A stretch of 64,000 bases of DNA from Alphaproteobacteria bacterium (lineage in GTDB: Bacteria; Pseudomonadota; Alphaproteobacteria; GM7ARS4; G965262615), in NCBI GenBank assembly GCA_965262615.1, contig OZ253545.1, positions 32,001-96,000 on the forward strand, written 5' to 3'. The notes under the pieces are model-generated. The model was not told where the DNA came from. It saw only the letters and a list, made by a program, of their open reading frames with translations, and ran no database searches. The first letter of the stretch is position 1. Each line of letters opens with the position of its first letter. The translations under genes were made by a program, and so were the position numbers. Below, piece after piece: positions 49,760 through 60,307 of the stretch.

Positions 49760-51162
49760 GTCTTCACCTCAATGACTATATGCGGCGCATCGCCATGCGT
49801 CATCCACGAGTCATTGATTTATCACTGCAACGAATGCACGACCTGCTGGCGGCATTGGGCAATCCTCATCATCGTCTGCCGCCCACCATTCATGTGGCGG
49901 GAACGAACGGCAAAGGCTCTGCCATCGCCTTTATGCGCGCCATGCTGGAGGCGGCGGGATATGGCGTTCATGTCTATAGCTCCCCTCATATTGTGCGCGC
50001 CAATGAACGCATTGTGGTGAATGGGCATCCCGTATCCGATGACACATTCATTCAAGCTCTGCACCTGTGCGAACAAACCCACTGTGTCGCCACGCTGTTT
50101 GAGGTCATCACCGCGGCGGCATTGACGATTTTTGCCGCCTCGCGCGGCGATGTGCTGCTGCTGGAGACTGGACTGGGCGGACGCTACGATGCCACCAATG
50201 TTGTCACCAAGCCGCTGGTCTCTGCCATCACCGCCATTGACATGGATCATATGTCCTATCTTGGCAACACGCTTCGTCATATTGCTCGGGAAAAAGCAGG
50301 CATCTGCAAAGCTGATGTTCCCCTTGCCACTTCTCATCAGCATCCTCATGTGCGGCGAGTGCTGCACGGTGTGGCACAACGGGTGGGCGTGCCGTTCATT
50401 CACGACCAATGGCGCATGATTCGTCATGATGATGGCTCTTTTCGTTATGACGGCATTGATGTCTCCCATGATTTTCCTGCTCCCAGCCTGCATGGACACC
50501 ATCAATACGCCAATGCCGCCACCGCCATTGCCACATTAGAATGTGCGCCATCGCTGGATGTGTCACCGTCTCACATGGCGCGCGGCATTGCCCGTGCCTC
50601 ATGGCGCGGACGGCTGGAGCGTTTGTCTGCCGATGCTGCTGGGTCTCTTGGCTTTGCGGGGGATGTCTGGCTGGACGGCGGACACAATCCCGCCGCCGCC
50701 GCCGCCCTTGCCAATGCCCTGCAAGCCATGCCCGCCAAAAAACTGCACATCCTCTGCGGCATTTTGCGCAGCAAAGACATTGAAGGATTTCTCGCTCCCC
50801 TCATTCCCCTCGCCCACCGATTTCACATGGTGACCATTGATGGCGAGCCCAACGCCGCCACAGGCAAAGAACTGTCTGACTGGCTGCATCAGCGCGCCAT
50901 ACCCGCCACGGCTCATGACAGCGTCACAAACGCCCTTGCCACACTGGCAAAGACCATTCCTGCATCGGCGCGTGTGTTGATTGGCGGCTCCCTCTATCTG
51001 GTGGGACGCATCCACACCCTGCTGGAACAAGCTCCTTACGAATCGCTCAGTTGCTCTTCCACCCAAGAAAACAATTGTCCCCTTGGCAGTGCTCCCACAC
51101 GGGTGGCTTTCAATTCGCCATTGGCAAAAAACATCAAAGTGGGAATGCTGCGCACCCCGTAG
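49756..51162 (+). CDS. folC: Dihydrofolate/folylpolyglutamate synthase
   Basis: HVAGTNGKGS, ETGLGGRYDATN, WRGRL, DGGHNP and GSLYLVG. The C-terminal tail overlaps trxA. Confidence 0.95.
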   Translation: MSLHLNDYMRRIAMRHPRVIDLSLQRMHDLLAALGNPHHRLPPTIHVAGTNGKGSAIAFMRAMLEAAGYGVHVYSSPHIVRANERIVVNGHPVSDDTFIQALHLCEQTHCVATLFEVITAAALTIFAASRGDVLLLETGLGGRYDATNVVTKPLVSAITAIDMDHMSYLGNTLRHIAREKAGICKADVPLATSHQHPHVRRVLHGVAQRVGVPFIHDQWRMIRHDDGSFRYDGIDVSHDFPAPSLHGHHQYANAATAIATLECAPSLDVSPSHMARGIARASWRGRLERLSADAAGSLGFAGDVWLDGGHNPAAAAALANALQAMPAKKLHILCGILRSKDIEGFLAPLIPLAHRFHMVTIDGEPNAATGKELSDWLHQRAIPATAHDSVTNALATLAKTIPASARVLIGGSLYLVGRIHTLLEQAPYESLSCSSTQENNCPLGSAPTRVAFNSPLAKNIKVGMLRTP

Positions 51163-51377
51163 CGAATGGCGGTGTCGGGATTGGCATCAATGTCCAATTT
51201 CACCACCTGCAAGGCATCGCCTTTTTCTTGTGCCAACGCCTCCAAAAAAGGCGCAATCTGTTTGCACGGACCGCACCACTCAGCCCAAAAATCCACCACC
51301 GACGGCGTGGATGACCGCAACACCGCCTCCGCAAAAGAGGCATCGGTCACATGAAGCGGCTGGTGAGATGATGGCAT
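51036..51377 (-). CDS. trxA: Thioredoxin
   Basis: VDFWAEWCGPCK and YGVRSIPTL; GGAG RBS before the ATG at 51377. Confidence 0.97.
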   Translation of the reverse strand: MPSSHQPLHVTDASFAEAVLRSSTPSVVDFWAEWCGPCKQIAPFLEALAQEKGDALQVVKLDIDANPDTAIRYGVRSIPTLMFFANGELKATRVGALPRGQLFSWVEEQLSDS

Positions 51378-51410
51378 GGCGAACTCCTGTCTCCTTTGTA
51401 AATTCAATCC

Positions 51411-54400
51411 CTATGAGAGGTCAAGCCATTTTTGGCGCGCCTGTTGCAATTGCTGCTGCGATAAGTGATGAACGCGACAATTGCGCGTCTCCACAATCAT
51501 CATGGTGCGCGCTGTTTTTTGATTCATAGTGGCAAGCAACACATCATAGAGTGCCATTTGTTGTAGCCACGAGGCTGGCAGTTCTTTTTTCACTGCACCT
51601 GTTTTGAAGTCGGCACAGAGCCATCCGTTATCATGATGGGCGAGCCGATCCACCCGTCCATTGATGCGCCGTCCTCGCCACAATCCCGTGATGGCAACCT
51701 CACCTCGTGACTGGTCGCCAAACAACAGTGCCAATTGTGGATGCGCCATCACCGCCAGCGTCTCCGCCACCAACGATTCCCGCCGCTCCCCCGACCATGT
51801 GGGCAACCAGCGATGCACCATCACTTCCGCCCGTTTTTCTCTTTCATCCTCATCAATTGTGGGCAGATACTCCAGCAATTGATGAATGATGATGCCGCGC
51901 TGCCTGGCATCATCACCGCCAGTGCCTGATTCCACCACTTCCTCATCGTGTTTGTATGCCGATGGCACAAGAACCATGGGAGGTGTCTCTTGCTTCATGG
52001 CATCGGCAGGCTGACGGCTCAACAGCGCGCTGATGTCATGACTGGCTTTGCGCGATGTGTCTGATGGTGTTGGTGGCGACAGTATCGTGGCGGATGTCCC
52101 TGGCACATTCTTCTCAATAATGGCGTGCCAATTGTCACCGCCACTTCTTTCAACTCCCGCCACCACCAATCGTCTTTTGGCTCGTGTCATCGCCACATAG
52201 AGCAAGCGGTTGCGACTTTGCTGTTCTTTTTTTCTTTCTATGCTTTGACGCATCATGAACATCGGCGCGCCTTTGGCGATGGACGACGCCCCCGTCCAGA
52301 GTGGCAATTCACCACCCGCACCTTTCAGCAATCCGCCCGCATCTTTGCCTCCCATCGCATCGCTGGCATCGGCAAGAATGACCGTGTCCGCCTCCAAGCC
52401 CTTCGCTCCGTGAATGGTGGATATTTTCACATGATCGCGCGAGGTGGAAATCTCCCGCTTCACATCGCCTCGCTGCCACTGCTCTTTTTCATGCACAAAC
52501 AGCTGCAACGATGAGCCGTGTCTTTGTTCATAACGCAATGCCTCATCCAAAAAATAAGTCACCGCATCACGGTCGTGCTGAGCATAGGTCAGACGGTGCG
52601 CCAGCGAGGCAAAAAACTCATAGAGAGGCTGATAGTCACTGCGCGCCAGCACATCACTGAGCAGCTCATGAGCGCGCCGATGAGATTCGTGCGATGACCG
52701 CTTCAATCCCTGCCACAGCGATTGGTCTGCACGCAAAACGGTGAGCTGTTCCAAATCGTCATCATGCAAGTGGCACAGGGGTGACTTCAGCACTTCGGCA
52801 AGACTCAAATCGTCATTGATGTCCAGTGCAAAGCGCGCCACCGCCATGAGATCCTGCACCGCCATGTGGTCAAAGGGATTGAAACGATCCGGCTCTTCGG
52901 CAATCACCTGATGTTTTTTCAGAGCGGGCATCAATGCCCTGAAAATATCTTTGCGCGTTCTCACCAAAATCATGATGTCACTGGGCGCGCTGCCCTCATC
53001 AATCAATTGTCTCACATAGCTGGCAATGCGTGTCGCCAGCACATGTTCTGTCTGCACGCTTGCCGTTTGGGGAGGATAGGCAAAGGGATTATCATTCTTT
53101 GGCGGCTGTGCCTTTTTTTCTTGCAAGCTCCACACTTCAATGCTTCCCTCAAGGTTTTCTGTCTTGTCACTGGCTTGATGGTGCAACGCCTCATCGTCTG
53201 CCACCACACCATCACGAACGGCATCATCGGCAAAAACGCCATCCACCGCTCGCAAAATCACGGGCGAGGAGCGAAAAGAATGATGCAATCCGCGCTTTGC
53301 CACATCCGTTTGCACCTGACCATAACACGCTTCGAAACGCTGATAGGCTTCTTCAAAAACGGCAGGGGATGCTCCCTTGAAGCCATAGATTGATTGCTTG
53401 GGGTCGCCCACACTGAAAAAAGAGCGTTTGATGTCATGCGTCCGTTCTTCATTCGCGCCACTGCCTGCGGTGAAATCTTGCGTCAAGCCGAAGATCATCT
53501 CCCATTGTTGTTCATCAGTGTCTTGTGCCTCATCAATCAACACATGGCGAATGGCTTGGTCTAGTTTATACATCACCCACGAAACGCCATGACTGTCTCG
53601 CACCAAGCGCGTGGTTTGTTCAATGAGGTCATCATAAAAGAGCACGGCGCGCCGTCTTTTGACCTCATTGAGCTCATCCATATAGGCGCGTCCCACCCGC
53701 AACAACAAACGGCTATTGGAAGCCAAATCTTCAATGGCTTCGCGCGCCACCAATTGACGAATGGGGTCGGCGTGTTCATGGGTTTCAAGATTTTTTCTCA
53801 CCTCTCCTTTTTGCGTCAAGAATTGTGCGTAGTAGTCATCCAGTTCTTCTGGCTTGATGTTCCATTGTGCGGCGTGTGTCTGTCTCATCACATGGGCGGA
53901 GTCGCCGTCATTGAGCCCCAGCAATTGATTGATGTCATAACTGTGCTGCACATCGTCTTGACTCAATTGCCGCAAGGCATCGTGCCAACCACTGGAGCTG
54001 CCTTTGGCAAAGGGATTGGTCTCACTGCTGATGGTGACAATGCGAGCCAAAGCCTCCGCCGTCTGACTGGTGGGCTCGGCTGCGGCGCGCTGCACCAACG
54101 ATTGCAATGCCTCGTGCCGCAGAGATTCTTCCATCCCCTCGTCACACAGTTCAAAGACTGGTTCTATGCCCGCCTCCAAAGGAAATCGCCGCAGCACCAT
54201 CTGACAAAAGGCATGAATGGTGGTGAGCTGCAAATCATGGTAGTGATTCAAACAGTGAGCAAACAAAGCTCGGGCGCGCTCTTTTTTCTCAGGTGTGACA
54301 TCCTCTCCCATCTGTTGCAATTCGTGATGCAGCTGGTCATCCGCCATGTGCCACCATCGCCCCAGTCGCTGAAGCAACCGCTCCTTCATTTCAAACGCCG

Positions 54401-54560
54401 CATTGCGGGTGTAGGTGAGACACAAAATGCTGCGGGCATCCTCACCCGCCAGCAACAGACGCAAAAAACGCTCCACCAAAATATGCGTCTTGCCGGTGCC
54501 CGCATGGGCTTGGGTCCATGCCGAATGATGCGGGTCGGTCAATGAAAGCGGCTCAGTCAT
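51411..54560 (-). CDS. addA: Double-strand break repair helicase-nuclease AddA
   Basis: AHAGTGKT, LTYTRNAA, IDEAQDT, VGDPKQSIY, TIHGAKGLE, LLYVAMTRA and nuclease GRVDRL...DFKTG. Confidence 0.95.
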   Translation of the reverse strand: MTEPLSLTDPHHSAWTQAHAGTGKTHILVERFLRLLLAGEDARSILCLTYTRNAAFEMKERLLQRLGRWWHMADDQLHHELQQMGEDVTPEKKERARALFAHCLNHYHDLQLTTIHAFCQMVLRRFPLEAGIEPVFELCDEGMEESLRHEALQSLVQRAAAEPTSQTAEALARIVTISSETNPFAKGSSSGWHDALRQLSQDDVQHSYDINQLLGLNDGDSAHVMRQTHAAQWNIKPEELDDYYAQFLTQKGEVRKNLETHEHADPIRQLVAREAIEDLASNSRLLLRVGRAYMDELNEVKRRRAVLFYDDLIEQTTRLVRDSHGVSWVMYKLDQAIRHVLIDEAQDTDEQQWEMIFGLTQDFTAGSGANEERTHDIKRSFFSVGDPKQSIYGFKGASPAVFEEAYQRFEACYGQVQTDVAKRGLHHSFRSSPVILRAVDGVFADDAVRDGVVADDEALHHQASDKTENLEGSIEVWSLQEKKAQPPKNDNPFAYPPQTASVQTEHVLATRIASYVRQLIDEGSAPSDIMILVRTRKDIFRALMPALKKHQVIAEEPDRFNPFDHMAVQDLMAVARFALDINDDLSLAEVLKSPLCHLHDDDLEQLTVLRADQSLWQGLKRSSHESHRRAHELLSDVLARSDYQPLYEFFASLAHRLTYAQHDRDAVTYFLDEALRYEQRHGSSLQLFVHEKEQWQRGDVKREISTSRDHVKISTIHGAKGLEADTVILADASDAMGGKDAGGLLKGAGGELPLWTGASSIAKGAPMFMMRQSIERKKEQQSRNRLLYVAMTRAKRRLVVAGVERSGGDNWHAIIEKNVPGTSATILSPPTPSDTSRKASHDISALLSRQPADAMKQETPPMVLVPSAYKHDEEVVESGTGGDDARQRGIIIHQLLEYLPTIDEDEREKRAEVMVHRWLPTWSGERRESLVAETLAVMAHPQLALLFGDQSRGEVAITGLWRGRRINGRVDRLAHHDNGWLCADFKTGAVKKELPASWLQQMALYDVLLATMNQKTARTMMIVETRNCRVHHLSQQQLQQARQKWLDLS

Positions 54561-57363
54561 CGTGCCACTCCGTGCGCCGCATCAAATGATGATAGTCTCT
54601 GGATGCCATGTCACCCAGTGCCACAAAAGAAGCGTTTTCGTCACGCAAATAATGACGCAAAAACCCTAATAATTGAATCTCGCACGCATCAATGGAAAGT
54701 TTGTTCTTGTATTCTTGCGGCACGGTGATGTCATTTGTGGTGAGATGACCATCATGGCTGCGTTTTTTGAGATGAAGACAACATAAATCCACCGCCTGCT
54801 GAGAAGTGATGGCGACGCCGGCAAAGCCGTTGTTGCGGGCGATCAATTCCTGCACCAGCCATTGCGGCTCATGAGCCGTGCCGATGCTTTTTTTAGACGG
54901 CACACCGCCCGTTTTGTAATCAATGATGCGCCAACGCCCATCCTTCACATCCAGTCGGTCACAACGGGCGGTGAGGCGGATGTCATCCACCATCCATGCA
55001 CCCTTATGCTCACATGCCACCGTTCGCCATCCTGTCGCTAAACCGTTTTGCTGCCACTTCCAAAATGCTCGCAGCACCTCTTCCAGTTGCGGCGCAAAAA
55101 TCAGTCGCCACGCTTTATCAGTCATGCCTTGAGTGGCAAGAGTCTTCCGCATCACTTCTTGCAAGGTCTCCCACGAATCATCGGGCGAGGCATTGGCGAC
55201 ATATTGACGAAGAATGTCATGAATCAAACTTCCCCAACGCATGGGGGTCATGGAATCATCCAGGGGCTGTTTTTTGTGCAGACGCAAAATGGCAGAGGCG
55301 TAGTAGCCGTAGGGGTCTTGCATCAATTGGCGCAGCTGTGAGACCGAAATGTGCTTGGGGCGCAGAGACACCGATGGACACGGCACAGGTGCATCTTTAT
55401 GGCGCGTCTCCTCTTGCGAGTCTTGCGGCAGCTCATCGGCGCGCAATTCCACAATGTGCCCCGCTCCACTATGACGCAAGCGAGTGATAAAGCGCGACGG
55501 CTCACAGCGTCCCCCCTCGTTCAGCAAGCTGTAGGTGAGATAGACGGTGTCATGAGAAAAACTGTGAATGAAATCATGCGCCGAGCGTCCCACGCGCCAA
55601 TCGGGCGGCGGCAGTCCGATTTGTTGCTGCATGGCGGCATTGAGCCACGGCGAACGATGCGCCGCCGGCGGATACGACCCCTCATTCATCCCCCCCACAA
55701 TCAACACATCGCTCTGCTGCAAACGCGCCTCCAGCGCGCCCCACAAAAACAGACGAGGATGTGCCTGCCCGTAATCATGATAGCGTCCTCGTCCCATGTA
55801 GTGGATGAAAAATTCGGTGTATTCGGCAAGGGTGAGCCGCACATCGCCGCAATCACCGCCGTAGCGCATGATGTCCTCAAAGCGACTGGCGACCATGCGC
55901 CCTGCCTGTCCGTGCCGTAGCACATCATCGCCACTGGTCTCATGGTTTTTTGCCAATTGCACCGCCACCCGCCAATGCCGCTGAGCCCATTCGGTCACGG
56001 TGTGTTGGGCGCGCGCCGCCAGAGGCTTGAGCATGGCGTTCCAGTCCTCAAGCCAAGCGGGTGACTCCTTGCTTTGATACGCCCCCTCCTGCTCCCACTG
56101 CCGAGCCATCGCCAGAGTGTGTTCACGAAGCTGCCCCATGGCACACAACGGATGCTTCATCACAGCCAGATGCGTCAGAGCATTGCTGGCAATGACATGC
56201 TCCACAATAAGACGCAAAAACACCATCGGCGGCGATTGACGCAATAATCTGCCGAACGAATTGTGCGCCACCCAGCCACGCTGACGCAAACCATGATCCA
56301 CCAACCGATTGAGTGTGGCATTGTGCGTCACCAGTGCCACCGTGCATTGCTTGTGTGCCAAGTGCGCCAGCAACAATCGCACAATCACCGATGCCTCCTG
56401 ATGATGATGATTGGCTTCAATCACCGTGCACACAGGAGACGACATCGCCATCTTGCTGGGCACAGTGCGAAATGCCTCTTGCACCAACTGACAACGCCGC
56501 GCCCGTGTCTTGCTTTTTTCTTGAGCCCATGTCTGCACATCGGCGCGCGTTTTATTGAGGCGATGCAACAAACGCACAAAATTATATTGAGGATGGGTGG
56601 GTTCGTTTTCACCGATGGCAAGCCATTCCTCATCCGACAAAGCGTCATCCAACCCGGGCAGCACCACTGCGCCGTTGGGCAATTGCAGCACCGCCGCCAT
56701 GAGGTCGGCGGTCAAAGGGCGGCTGCCCGTTGAGCCCACAATCATCACCGGATGCGTTGGCGGCTGCGTTCGCCACACTGCCATGCGCCGTCTGACGGCT
56801 TGTTCGCGCGCCACAAATGGGTCGCTGCGGTGTTCACGCGTCAGCATGGCATCCCAATCCTTGCCAATCACCTGCAGAAACGAGAAAATGATTTGCCAAT
56901 AATCCGACCACTCATGGTCTCGTGATAGATTCTCCAAAGATGCCCGTTCCACCCGCAATTGCTGCAGAAAATCATGCAGCTGCTGTGCCAGAGCCATGCC
57001 GCGCGTCCGTGACCATCCTTTTTGCCCGCCATACCCCATGATGCGCTGATAGAGCCAAAACACACTACGCGGCATCTCTAAAGGCGGCAGGGAGTCATCA
57101 TCCAGCGCGGCAATGGTGTCATCGTGTCCAAAAACAAGGTCATCTTCCTCTTCGCCGATGGGCATCATGGTGGGCAAAATCGATGCCCCATCGCTGTGTG
57201 CCATAAAGGCATTTTCCAGCGATTGAATACTGCGGCGATTGGGAGTCAGCAACAGTGTGGAAGACAGTGCCAGTGGCGATGAATCCGTGTAAGCCGTCAT
57301 CAACCTTCGCGCCAATTGAGAGGCAAAAGGCTCGGACGCGGGAATGGAGTAGAGTCCTCCCAT
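54553..57363 (-). CDS. addB: Double-strand break repair protein AddB
   Basis: LLTPNRRS, IVGSTGS, THPQY, WGALEARL, DPYGYYA and nuclease ARCDRL...IIDYKTG. The ATG at 57363 overlaps the upstream TGA. Confidence 0.93.
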   Translation of the reverse strand: MGGLYSIPASEPFASQLARRLMTAYTDSSPLALSSTLLLTPNRRSIQSLENAFMAHSDGASILPTMMPIGEEEDDLVFGHDDTIAALDDDSLPPLEMPRSVFWLYQRIMGYGGQKGWSRTRGMALAQQLHDFLQQLRVERASLENLSRDHEWSDYWQIIFSFLQVIGKDWDAMLTREHRSDPFVAREQAVRRRMAVWRTQPPTHPVMIVGSTGSRPLTADLMAAVLQLPNGAVVLPGLDDALSDEEWLAIGENEPTHPQYNFVRLLHRLNKTRADVQTWAQEKSKTRARRCQLVQEAFRTVPSKMAMSSPVCTVIEANHHHQEASVIVRLLLAHLAHKQCTVALVTHNATLNRLVDHGLRQRGWVAHNSFGRLLRQSPPMVFLRLIVEHVIASNALTHLAVMKHPLCAMGQLREHTLAMARQWEQEGAYQSKESPAWLEDWNAMLKPLAARAQHTVTEWAQRHWRVAVQLAKNHETSGDDVLRHGQAGRMVASRFEDIMRYGGDCGDVRLTLAEYTEFFIHYMGRGRYHDYGQAHPRLFLWGALEARLQQSDVLIVGGMNEGSYPPAAHRSPWLNAAMQQQIGLPPPDWRVGRSAHDFIHSFSHDTVYLTYSLLNEGGRCEPSRFITRLRHSGAGHIVELRADELPQDSQEETRHKDAPVPCPSVSLRPKHISVSQLRQLMQDPYGYYASAILRLHKKQPLDDSMTPMRWGSLIHDILRQYVANASPDDSWETLQEVMRKTLATQGMTDKAWRLIFAPQLEEVLRAFWKWQQNGLATGWRTVACEHKGAWMVDDIRLTARCDRLDVKDGRWRIIDYKTGGVPSKKSIGTAHEPQWLVQELIARNNGFAGVAITSQQAVDLCCLHLKKRSHDGHLTTNDITVPQEYKNKLSIDACEIQLLGFLRHYLRDENASFVALGDMASRDYHHLMRRTEWHDD

Positions 57364-59072
57364 CAAAAATGCCTCCTTAGAAATTGTCTCATGCGCCATA
57401 AATCCCGCAAGCCAGAGAGATGACACCAGTCACCGTCAAACACCAAACCATGAAGACAATTTCGCGCCATCGCCTCATCATACACATCATTGAGGCGACA
57501 CGATTCTCCTTTCGTCACAGGGGCAAACAGACGGGGATGCACAATTTGCATGCCGCAAAACACATAATCCGCCGTCTGTCCTTTGGCGGGACGCATCACG
57601 CGTCCATTGGGCGTGAGATTGAAATCTCCTTTTTCCATGTTTGTTTGGTCGCGTGGCATCAGCACCAGCAAGCCATCCATTGATGGCTCATAGCGCGCCG
57701 CCAGCAATGACAGCAAAGGAAACATCTCATTCTCATGCCACAGACTGTCGCCATTGAGAAGATAAAACGGCTCATCAGCAAAAAAATCCAATGCCGCCGC
57801 CACGCCGCCGCCACTGTGCAAATCATGCGTGTGTCGGCTTTCATCAGACAGCGTCACGCGCCAATTTTGCGTATGACGGTGCATGACATCAGAAAGATAG
57901 CGAGTATTCACCATAATGCGCGTCACCCCCAATCTTTTGCATTGAGCCACCAGACACGCCAGCACAGAGCGCGGCTCGCGTATTCGCAACGAAATGAGAG
58001 GCTTGGGAATCCAGCGGGTCACAGGACGCAGCCGCATTCCTTTGCCCGCCGCCAAAATGATTCCTTGAGGCAACGCGAGGATAGACGAGAGAGGAGGTGC
58101 ATGGGTAGCGTACTCAGGAACATAATTCGCAAACCATTCGCGCAGTGGCTTGTGATGGTCTTTGGTCAAATAGCGATTGATGTCACGCCATGTTTGGTTG
58201 AGGTATTGTCTGTATTGTGTTTTGCCATCACGGCGTTCTAGCCTCACAAAAATGCCCGCGATTTTCAAAAGACGCTGCAAGGACAGCGTCTCGCCATGAC
58301 GCACGCAATTGTCATCCCAATTCATCTCAGTGGCATAATGCTCCATGCACTCTTTTTTGACGGCATCGGAGACGGGACGGCGCACATCATCCAGCAATGA
58401 CACCAAATCAAAAGCCGGATGACCCATCGCCGCATCCTGAAAATCCAACCAGCCAATCGCCGCCAACCCCTCGCGATGCGGCAGCCACATCAGATTATCA
58501 ATATGCACATCTCGCAACACCGGCACCCGCGCCTTGAATTGAACGATGGGCTTGAGCAACGCGCGCATGATGGCAAAAAACTCACGCCGCATGGTCTTGC
58601 TGCGTCCCATGCCCCAGCTTTGTAAATGCCAATCCAATAGCAATTGATGTTCTTGTTCATAATCGGTCATATCGTATGAGGGCACACGCCACACATTTTT
58701 CTGCCAGTGGCGGTGCAAATGAATGATTCCATCCACCACGCGCCGATAGAGCATTGCCTCATTTTCCTTTTGCAGTGCCACCCGCAGTGTGATGTCGCCC
58801 AAGTCTTCCAACAAAGCAAAGCCGTTTTTTTCATCCAGAGCCTCAATGCGCGGCGCAGATAATTCCGTTTCTTGCAGAGCTCGTGCCACTTTGACAAAAG
58901 CACACAAGTTTTTTGGCTGTGAATCCTCCATCACAATGATGGATTTGTTTTTTTTGGTCACGCGCTCATAGCGGCGAGACGATGCATCCGCCGCCAGTGG
59001 CGTGCGCGTGGCTTCGTGCCATCCGTTTTGCCGCAGAAAATCATTCAGCCGTGTGGCGCGTGCCTGCTCCAT
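57363..59072 (-). CDS. Fused AmgK-like anomeric MurNAc/GlcNAc kinase + MurU-like nucleotidyltransferase
   Basis: N-half LAADASSRRYER, LLEDLGD, LRDVHIDNLMW, LDFQDA, DGKTQY. C-half IILAAGKGMRLRP...PKPL, LLNGDSLW, GDF, WCHL. One uninterrupted frame. Confidence 0.88.
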   Translation of the reverse strand: MEQARATRLNDFLRQNGWHEATRTPLAADASSRRYERVTKKNKSIIVMEDSQPKNLCAFVKVARALQETELSAPRIEALDEKNGFALLEDLGDITLRVALQKENEAMLYRRVVDGIIHLHRHWQKNVWRVPSYDMTDYEQEHQLLLDWHLQSWGMGRSKTMRREFFAIMRALLKPIVQFKARVPVLRDVHIDNLMWLPHREGLAAIGWLDFQDAAMGHPAFDLVSLLDDVRRPVSDAVKKECMEHYATEMNWDDNCVRHGETLSLQRLLKIAGIFVRLERRDGKTQYRQYLNQTWRDINRYLTKDHHKPLREWFANYVPEYATHAPPLSSILALPQGIILAAGKGMRLRPVTRWIPKPLISLRIREPRSVLACLVAQCKRLGVTRIMVNTRYLSDVMHRHTQNWRVTLSDESRHTHDLHSGGGVAAALDFFADEPFYLLNGDSLWHENEMFPLLSLLAARYEPSMDGLLVLMPRDQTNMEKGDFNLTPNGRVMRPAKGQTADYVFCGMQIVHPRLFAPVTKGESCRLNDVYDEAMARNCLHGLVFDGDWCHLSGLRDLWRMRQFLRRHF

Positions 59073-59548
59073 TGTGTCTCCAACCACTGCCGCCACTCAT
59101 CATGAGACGATGATATTCGCACATGGCGAGCATCCACCGCATCGGCAAATTGCAGCTCAATCTGCAAATGACGCGGCGGCAACCACTCTTGCAATTGTGT
59201 CGCCCATTCAATCAGGCTGATGCCTTGCTCCAGAGATTCCTCCCATCCCGTCTCCAGTGCCTCATCGGGATTGGCAAGGCGATAAAAATCATGATGGCGA
59301 ATGGTGATGTCCCCACACTCATACACTTGCGTCACGGTAAAGGTGGGGCTGGGAATAACACAAGGAGCAGCATCACCATAACACGCCGTGATGAATGCGC
59401 GCGCGAAAGTGGTCTTGCCCGCACCCAAAGGCGCATTGAGCGATAACAGTAAGGGTTGGCGAGGCGCGTGAAGCATGGTAAGACAATGTGCCAAGTTCAT
59501 CGCAACTTCGCAGACCGATTCTTGCGATAAATTTTTCAGTGAAATCAT
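59045..59548 (-). CDS. tsaE: tRNA threonylcarbamoyladenosine biosynthesis ATPase TsaE
   Basis: LGAGKTTFARAFI, IPSPTFT, HHDFYRL and IEW. The ORF-track extension to 60103 is antisense to lepB. Confidence 0.93.
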   Translation of the reverse strand: MISLKNLSQESVCEVAMNLAHCLTMLHAPRQPLLLSLNAPLGAGKTTFARAFITACYGDAAPCVIPSPTFTVTQVYECGDITIRHHDFYRLANPDEALETGWEESLEQGISLIEWATQLQEWLPPRHLQIELQFADAVDARHVRISSSHDEWRQWLETQWSRHAPHG

Positions 59549-59590
59549 CACCCACACCATGACACGATTGCCCGCAAAAAGCGATAGACC

Positions 59591-60307
59591 ATGATGCAAA
59601 CCCTCAAAAGCTTCTTGTGGGCACTCCTGCTGGTGGGGGTGATTCGCAGCTTTCTTTTTGAGCCTTTTCACATCCCATCCAGCTCCATGCTGCCTAATCT
59701 GCTGGTGGGCGATTATCTCTTTGTCAATAAATACGACTATGGCTATGGTCGCTACTCCTTTCCCTTTGATATTCCCGTGATTGATGAGGGACGGTGGTGG
59801 TCTGCTGCTGCAAAACGCGGCGATATGATTGTCTTTCGTCCCGTTCATGATGCCAAACGCTCCTACATCAAGCGGGTGGTGGGCGTGGGCGGAGACACCA
59901 TTCAGATGCAAAACGGCACGGTCTTTCTCAATGGCGAGCCTCTGCCGCGCCAAAAACGAGCCCCTTCCGTTGAGATAGACGGCAAAAGGCACTATGTCTC
60001 TCTCTATGAGGAGACCAACCACCAACGAAACTATGACATCATGGAATTTGCCAACGATGACTTCTTTGACAATACGCCTCCTTACACCGTGCCTGACAAT
60101 CATTATTTTGTCATGGGTGACAATCGGGATGCCTCACGAGACAGCCGCGATTTCTCACTGGTGGGCTTTGTGCCTCATGACAATGTGATTGGCAAGGCGG
60201 AGGTGATTTTTTTCTCCTTGCATCCCGCTCGTGACATGATTGAATACTTTTTATTGCCGTGGCGCATTCGCTATCATCGTTTGTTTAGAGACCTCACCAA
60301 TGACTGA
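59591..60307 (+). CDS. lepB: Signal peptidase I
   Basis: EPFHIPSSSMLPNLLVGD, YIKRVVG and YFVMGDNRDASRDSR. Confidence 0.96.
   Translation: MMQTLKSFLWALLLVGVIRSFLFEPFHIPSSSMLPNLLVGDYLFVNKYDYGYGRYSFPFDIPVIDEGRWWSAAAKRGDMIVFRPVHDAKRSYIKRVVGVGGDTIQMQNGTVFLNGEPLPRQKRAPSVEIDGKRHYVSLYEETNHQRNYDIMEFANDDFFDNTPPYTVPDNHYFVMGDNRDASRDSRDFSLVGFVPHDNVIGKAEVIFFSLHPARDMIEYFLLPWRIRYHRLFRDLTND

Noticed and set aside
59549-60103. Long N-terminal extension of TsaE (352-aa ORF)
   Set aside because: It is the antisense shadow of lepB; TsaE homology starts near 59548.
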